Of a stretch of 33,294 nucleotides of DNA, positions 29,743-33,294 are shown piece after piece. Positions within the stretch are counted from its first letter, which is position 1; the number at the start of each line of letters is the position of its first letter. The position numbers and the translations under genes were made by a program. The DNA is from a virus. A model generated the notes under the pieces. It was not told the origin of the DNA. It saw only the letters and a program-made list of their open reading frames with translations, and ran no database searches. The stretch is taken from positions 1 through 33,294 of IMG/VR virus record IMGVR_UViG_3300030329_000080; one strand, given 5' to 3'.

Positions 29743-30189
29743 ATGGCATCAACAGTAACAGCATCAACACTAACAGTAACAATAACAGAAAGTTATGATT
29801 TAAATAATGTTGCTTATGGAAATACAAATTCAAAAACATTTACAAGTAAAGGACAGGTTTTACAAAGAATAATGAGTGTAAGTACCTCTGCACCTCAACT
29901 TCTTAATTTTGGTGCAGCAGATGCTGCAGGACAAGTTGCGGTTGCTGATTACGCTTATTTTAGAATTACCAATCTTGATGATACTAATTTTATCAATCTA
30001 CAACTGTTTAATGGAGATGATACATTTTTTTATAAGTTAGCAGCAGGAGATACTTTTCTTTTAATGAATAATGAAATGGATGCGGTTGGAAGTTCAACAA
30101 CTTTTACCGCATTTGCAGACATAACAAGAATATTAGGAGATGCAGATACAGCAGCGTGTGACATTGAAATGTTAGCAGTAACAGCGTAG
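29743..30189 (+). CDS. Hypothetical virion protein (148 aa)
   Basis: Beta-rich composition within the structural block. Confidence 0.5.
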   Translation: MASTVTASTLTVTITESYDLNNVAYGNTNSKTFTSKGQVLQRIMSVSTSAPQLLNFGAADAAGQVAVADYAYFRITNLDDTNFINLQLFNGDDTFFYKLAAGDTFLLMNNEMDAVGSSTTFTAFADITRILGDADTAACDIEMLAVTA

Positions 30190-30192
30190 ATT

Positions 30193-30324
30193 ATGGCTAA
30201 GAAAAGAAAATTAGGGTCTAAAAATCCTAAATATAAAAGCGAGTCAGAAAAAGAAGATAAGTATAAAAAAGAATTTGTACACGAAGTAAAAGGAGTAAAG
30301 GTTTATAAATTATATTTAAAATAA
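30193..30324 (+). CDS. Highly basic 43-aa micro-protein
   Basis: MAKKRKLGSKNPKYKSESEKEDKYKKEFVHEVKGVKVYKLYLK fills the gap exactly: the ATG is 4 nt after the upstream stop, and the stop is 1 nt before the next ATG. Confidence 0.35.
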   Translation: MAKKRKLGSKNPKYKSESEKEDKYKKEFVHEVKGVKVYKLYLK

Positions 30325-30325
30325 A

Positions 30326-30598
30326 ATGGCTACTGAAATTGGAAAAGCAACTAAGTTAAAATTATCATTAGAAACTTTAATAACTGTAGGTGCTACTGTG
30401 GTTGTAGTTACTACTATGTATTTAACATTAAAGTCTGAAATTGCTGTTGCAAAAGAATTACCAAAATCAGAAGTCACTAGAATAGAATATGAGTTAAAAG
30501 ATGAGTTGATAAGAAACACAATTCTTAAAACTCAAGATGATATAAATAAAATTACAAAAACACTAGAAAGAATAGAAGATAAAGTTTATGACAGATAA
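30326..30598 (+). CDS. Membrane-anchored coiled-coil protein (90 aa), candidate lysis accessory (i-spanin-like or holin-like)
   Basis: TM segment TLITVGATVVVVTTMYLTL followed by a coiled coil. Confidence 0.45.
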   Translation: MATEIGKATKLKLSLETLITVGATVVVVTTMYLTLKSEIAVAKELPKSEVTRIEYELKDELIRNTILKTQDDINKITKTLERIEDKVYDR

Positions 30599-30671
30599 CG
30601 CAAAGATATTTGTATTATATATTACACTTTTATTAATCGTAATGATTTGCGGTATTCATTTCTCAAATTAA
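30588..30671 (+). CDS. Micro-ORF, hydrophobic 27-aa peptide
   Basis: MTDNAKIFVLYITLLLIVMICGIHFSN; overlaps the upstream stop and ends 4 nt before ATG 30676. Confidence 0.25.
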   Translation: MTDNAKIFVLYITLLLIVMICGIHFSN

Positions 30672-30675
30672 ATAA

Positions 30676-31068
30676 ATGAGTATATTAGGTAAAATATTTA
30701 GTAGTGGTGCAACTGAACTTGTTAAAGGAGTCGGTGGTGTTATTGATGAATTACACACATCTAAAGAAGAAAAGTTAGAGGCGGAGAGAAAGATAAAAGA
30801 TATGATAATGGGTTATGAGGCAGAAATGCAGAAACAAGTAACTGAGAGATGGAAGGTAGATATGAACTCAGATTCTTGGTTAAGTAAAAACATAAGACCA
30901 TTAGTGTTAATCTTCTTAGTAGTATCTACTGTCTTAATGATATTTATTGATGCAGGTGTTATTGCTTTTGAGGTAAAAGACACTTGGGTTGATTTGTTAC
31001 AATTAGTATTAATAACAGTTATTGGTGCTTACTTTGGTGGTAGGTCGTTAGAAAAAGTAAAAAAATAG
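30676..31068 (+). CDS. Holin, resembling the '3-TM holin for gene-transfer release' family (130 aa)
   Basis: N-terminal GVIDELHTSKEEKLEAE, then SDSWLSKNIRP and hydrophobic segments LVLIFLVVSTVLMIF and LVLITVIGAYFGG. Confidence 0.55.
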   Translation: MSILGKIFSSGATELVKGVGGVIDELHTSKEEKLEAERKIKDMIMGYEAEMQKQVTERWKVDMNSDSWLSKNIRPLVLIFLVVSTVLMIFIDAGVIAFEVKDTWVDLLQLVLITVIGAYFGGRSLEKVKK

Positions 31069-31071
31069 ATT

Positions 31072-32079
31072 ATGCCTTGTTACGAATGTGAAAATGGTAA
31101 ATGGAAGTTTGGTGAAACTGGCAAGTGTCAGTATGAAACTAAATCAGAGTGTGAAACTGCTAATAAAGATTATTATGCAGAAGAAACTTATGATGACTAC
31201 CCTCAGGCAGCAACCACTAATGCTAAGAGAGCAATAAAGTACAAAGAAGAAAATGGTAGTTCTTGTGGAACTGTCGTGGGCTGGACAAGAGCCAGACAAA
31301 TCGCAAATAGAGAAAAACTAACGAGGAGAACTATTGCAAGGGTTGCATCATTTAAAAGACACCAGCAGCACAAAGATGTTCCTTATGATGAGGGCTGTGG
31401 AGGCATAATGTGGGATGCATGGGGAGGAACTGAAATGATAGAATGGGCAATAAAAAAATTAGAAAAAATAGATAAAAAAAGTAATGAGTTTAAAAATGAA
31501 GAAGAATTTGAAATAAGCGAAACAACAAAAAAAACTTTGAAAAACAAAATGGAAGAACACAATGAGAATGTAAAAGACTTAGATGTAGAGTGGAATCCAA
31601 AAGTAACTGTTGCTAAATTAGAAAAAGTTTACAAAAGAGGTGTTGGTGCTTATTATACAAATCCAGAAAGTGTTAGAGAGTCTGTTACGAGTCCAGAACA
31701 ATGGGCGATAGCAAGAGTAAATTCATTTCTTTTTGCAATGCGTAATGGTAAATATAGAAGCGGAAAACACGATACAGATTTATTACCAAAAAATCATCCA
31801 ATGAAAAACACAGAAAAAAAAGAAAATAATATGGCTAAAAAAAAGAAATACTATGGAGATGAAGAGCATGACTTTCATTTTCACTTTACAGAAGAAATGA
31901 TGGCAGAACTTCATCAAACAGGAGAATTAGAAGTTATGGTTAAGCAAGAAGATAGAGAAATGCTCATTAAGTTTACTTATGGAGAAAAAGAAAAGAAAGA
32001 AGAAATCATAATAGAAGAAGAAATTAAAGATGAATTTGAAGCCTTTTTCAATGAGATTATTAATAAACATAAAAAATGA
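31072..32079 (+). CDS. Conserved phage protein of unknown function (335 aa) located between holin and endolysin
   Basis: N-terminal Cys knuckle (CYEC...GKC), then YPQAATTNAKRAIKYKEENG..VGWTRARQIA..SFKRH and VYKRGVGAYYTNPESVR..SPEQWAIARVNSFL, both recurring phage motifs. Confidence 0.55.
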   Translation: MPCYECENGKWKFGETGKCQYETKSECETANKDYYAEETYDDYPQAATTNAKRAIKYKEENGSSCGTVVGWTRARQIANREKLTRRTIARVASFKRHQQHKDVPYDEGCGGIMWDAWGGTEMIEWAIKKLEKIDKKSNEFKNEEEFEISETTKKTLKNKMEEHNENVKDLDVEWNPKVTVAKLEKVYKRGVGAYYTNPESVRESVTSPEQWAIARVNSFLFAMRNGKYRSGKHDTDLLPKNHPMKNTEKKENNMAKKKKYYGDEEHDFHFHFTEEMMAELHQTGELEVMVKQEDREMLIKFTYGEKEKKEEIIIEEEIKDEFEAFFNEIINKHKK

Positions 32080-32429
32080 CATTAAATCATTTTAAAAAAA
32101 GAGAGTTTACTTGCAAGTGTGGCTGTAAACAAAACTTAATAAATGTAGAATTGCTACAAATGCTAGACAAAGCAAGAGCAATGGCTAAGATACCATTTGT
32201 AATAACAAGTGGTTATAGGTGTCCTAACCACCCAGAGTCAATTAAAAATCCTACATCATCACACATAAAAGGATTAGCAGTAGATATAAAATGTACTGAC
32301 AGTAAAAGCAGAGCAATCATATTAGATTCTCTGGCTTATAATGGTTTCGATAGATTTGGATTGCACGATTCATTTATTCATACTGACATAGATAAGGATA
32401 AAGCCTGTCCTGTAATTTGGCTATATTAA
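32076..32429 (+). CDS. Peptidase M15A-type (zinc D-Ala-D-Ala carboxypeptidase-like) endolysin (117 aa)
   Basis: SGYRCPNHPES...SSHIKGLAVDI...FIHTD supplies the H..D...H zinc triad; ATGA coupling to the upstream gene. Confidence 0.8.
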   Translation: MTLNHFKKREFTCKCGCKQNLINVELLQMLDKARAMAKIPFVITSGYRCPNHPESIKNPTSSHIKGLAVDIKCTDSKSRAIILDSLAYNGFDRFGLHDSFIHTDIDKDKACPVIWLY

Positions 32430-32432
32430 CAA

Positions 32433-32449
32433 AATTATTAACTTTAAAC
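32433..32449 (+). promoter_or_regulatory. Leader-motif variant aattattaactttaaac
   Basis: One extra T relative to the 16-mer; 27 nt upstream of ATG 32460. Confidence 0.45.
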
Positions 32450-32459
32450 ATATATAAAA

Positions 32460-32684
32460 ATGGAAAACGTATTTAATTTAGTAAGCGGCTTTTTTGGAAA
32501 AATGACATCATTAATCGTAGGATTACTTTCTTTCGGTGTGATGGCGGAAATATTATTTGGTACTCCTGTAATGGGAATGTCGGTAATAGGTAATATTATG
32601 GGTGTAATAAGTGAATTAGGAGATAATGGTGTTGTTGGATTGATAGCACTTGTAATATTATACAATTTGTTAGAAAAAAAATAA
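32460..32684 (+). CDS. Small multi-TM membrane protein (74 aa), candidate second holin or antiholin
   Basis: Gly-rich hydrophobic segments LIVGLLSFGVMAEILFG, MGMSVIGNIMGVI and VVGLIALVILYNL. Confidence 0.5.
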   Translation: MENVFNLVSGFFGKMTSLIVGLLSFGVMAEILFGTPVMGMSVIGNIMGVISELGDNGVVGLIALVILYNLLEKK

Positions 32685-32781
32685 ATTAATCTTAGATAAT
32701 TAATAAAAATAATTATCTTTGCTGAAGTTTAGGGTAGGGTAAAACCTACTTGTTTTCAAATTGTTTAGTTTAAGTATCAAG

Positions 32782-32809
32782 AATGGGGTGTTAATAACAT
32801 CCCATTTTT
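32782..32809 (+). terminator. Rho-independent terminator closing the late/lysis block
   Basis: aatggggtgtt-aat-aacatcccatt (11 bp including one G-T pair) running into a T5 tract. Two weaker hairpins lie upstream (32694-32718, 32734-32749). Confidence 0.65.
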
Positions 32810-32835
32810 GTGTAATATTTGGTATATTTTTTATA

Positions 32836-32843
32836 TACATTTG
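32836..32843 (+). promoter_or_regulatory. Bacteroidota-type -7 promoter box TACATTTG (candidate early promoter)
   Basis: Exact TAnnTTTG, 24 nt upstream of ATG 32867 and just after the terminator. Confidence 0.5.
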
Positions 32844-32866
32844 TTTAGTAATCAATACTATAAACT

Positions 32867-33294
32867 ATGACAACTAAAAAAATTAAAGGTAAAAGATTAA
32901 GACTATCTGCTGAAGAAGTTGATATTATAAATGAGTTTAGAGGAGATAGTCTTGAAAATATAAATGGAAATACAGCCTTAGATATACACTTAAAAGAAAG
33001 AGGTATAAACAAGAAAGATGTTGTTAGTGTAAAGCACTGGCAAAGCATGAGTGGTGAGTTAAGATTCTCTATTGTAACAAAAGAAGAATATGGAATTGCA
33101 GAAGAGCAGATACTTGACAAAATAAAAGATTTAATAGAAAGCCATTCTCCTAAATACACACCAATTAAAAGAGATAAATTTGCAAATCATCTTTTAGTTA
33201 TAAATCCTGCAGACATACATATAGGTAAATATTCTAATGATACTGAAACTGGCGAGGGATATGATGTTGAAACTGCCTGTATGAGGGTTTTAGA
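32867..33294 (+). CDS. 5' part of the wrap-around metallophosphoesterase gene (continues at 100..769)
   Basis: ATG at 32867, open to the end of the window, in frame with 86..769 through the 99-bp overlap. It is missing from the ORF track because no stop lies inside the window. Confidence 0.6.
   Translation, partial: MTTKKIKGKRLRLSAEEVDIINEFRGDSLENINGNTALDIHLKERGINKKDVVSVKHWQSMSGELRFSIVTKEEYGIAEEQILDKIKDLIESHSPKYTPIKRDKFANHLLVINPADIHIGKYSNDTETGEGYDVETACMRVL
33196..33294. repeat. Terminal direct repeat identical to 1..99
   Basis: Exact 99-bp identity with the window start. Confidence 0.95.

Noticed and set aside
2279-32665. All other minus-strand track ORFs (for example 2279, 4364, 4440, 7885, 8174, 11183, 11459, 12108, 15188-15811, 17152, 17584, 22606, 23060, 25354, 26767, 27828, 28931, 29411, 30316, 32444, 32845)
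   Set aside because: Each lies entirely inside a plus-strand gene that has recognisable motifs or tight operon packing. None has its own intergenic space or promoter box, and their compositions look like antisense artefacts.
1-33294. CRISPR array, rRNA, transposase/IS element, or stop-codon reassignment
   Set aside because: No spaced identical repeats of CRISPR type are present and there are no rRNA-like conserved stretches or transposase motifs. All recognisable genes (terL, portal, tape measure, protease, capsid) read through cleanly with the standard code, with no in-frame TAG or TGA.

Overview
The window is a complete, circularly closed, AT-rich dsDNA tailed-phage genome. The first 99 bases are identical to the last 99, so the unique length is 33,195 bp. 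One gene (32867..33294, continuing at 100..769) is split by the linearisation point. I count about 57 credible genes, all on the + strand.

Going round the circle:
- **Early, replication and recombination block** (32867, through the wrap, to 9262). It holds a metallophosphoesterase, HTH proteins, a DnaA-domain-IV-like protein, a mini SSB-like protein ending in DDDLPF, a PD-(D/E)xK-like protein, an HTH_36-type replication initiator, DUF3310, VRR-NUC, and many tiny ORFs.
- **Non-coding region of about 660 bp** (9263..9922).
- **Packaging and tail genes.** TerS and TerL are followed by a gene pair with a T9 -1 frameshift site. Next come a LamG protein, large tail proteins and the tape measure.
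- **Head genes.** A Mor-like HTH is followed by a ClpP-type prohead protease-scaffold fusion and the major capsid protein. Then come a putative tail tube protein, the portal and connector-region genes.
- **Lysis cassette.** Holin, an unknown 335-aa protein, an M15 peptidase and a membrane protein.

I found no tRNA, rRNA, CRISPR array, integrase, reverse transcriptase, DNA polymerase, helicase or primase.

The host is probably a Bacteroidota (Flavobacteriia-like) bacterium. TAnnTTTG -7 boxes sit at the gene-block boundaries and no Shine-Dalgarno sequences are visible.

The most unusual signals are:
- a phage-specific 16-mer (AATTATTAACTTAAAC) 23-33 nt upstream of nine start codons;
- an iteron, AT-rich tract and palindrome that together form a candidate origin (6933..7064);
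- a four-tract G-quadruplex motif at a gene junction (6549..6579);
- a -1 frameshift gene pair lying far from the tape measure gene;
- a scrambled morphogenesis gene order;
- two late promoters that share an ATTAGGWAAA element at identical spacing.

All functional calls come from motif recognition by eye. No database search was run.
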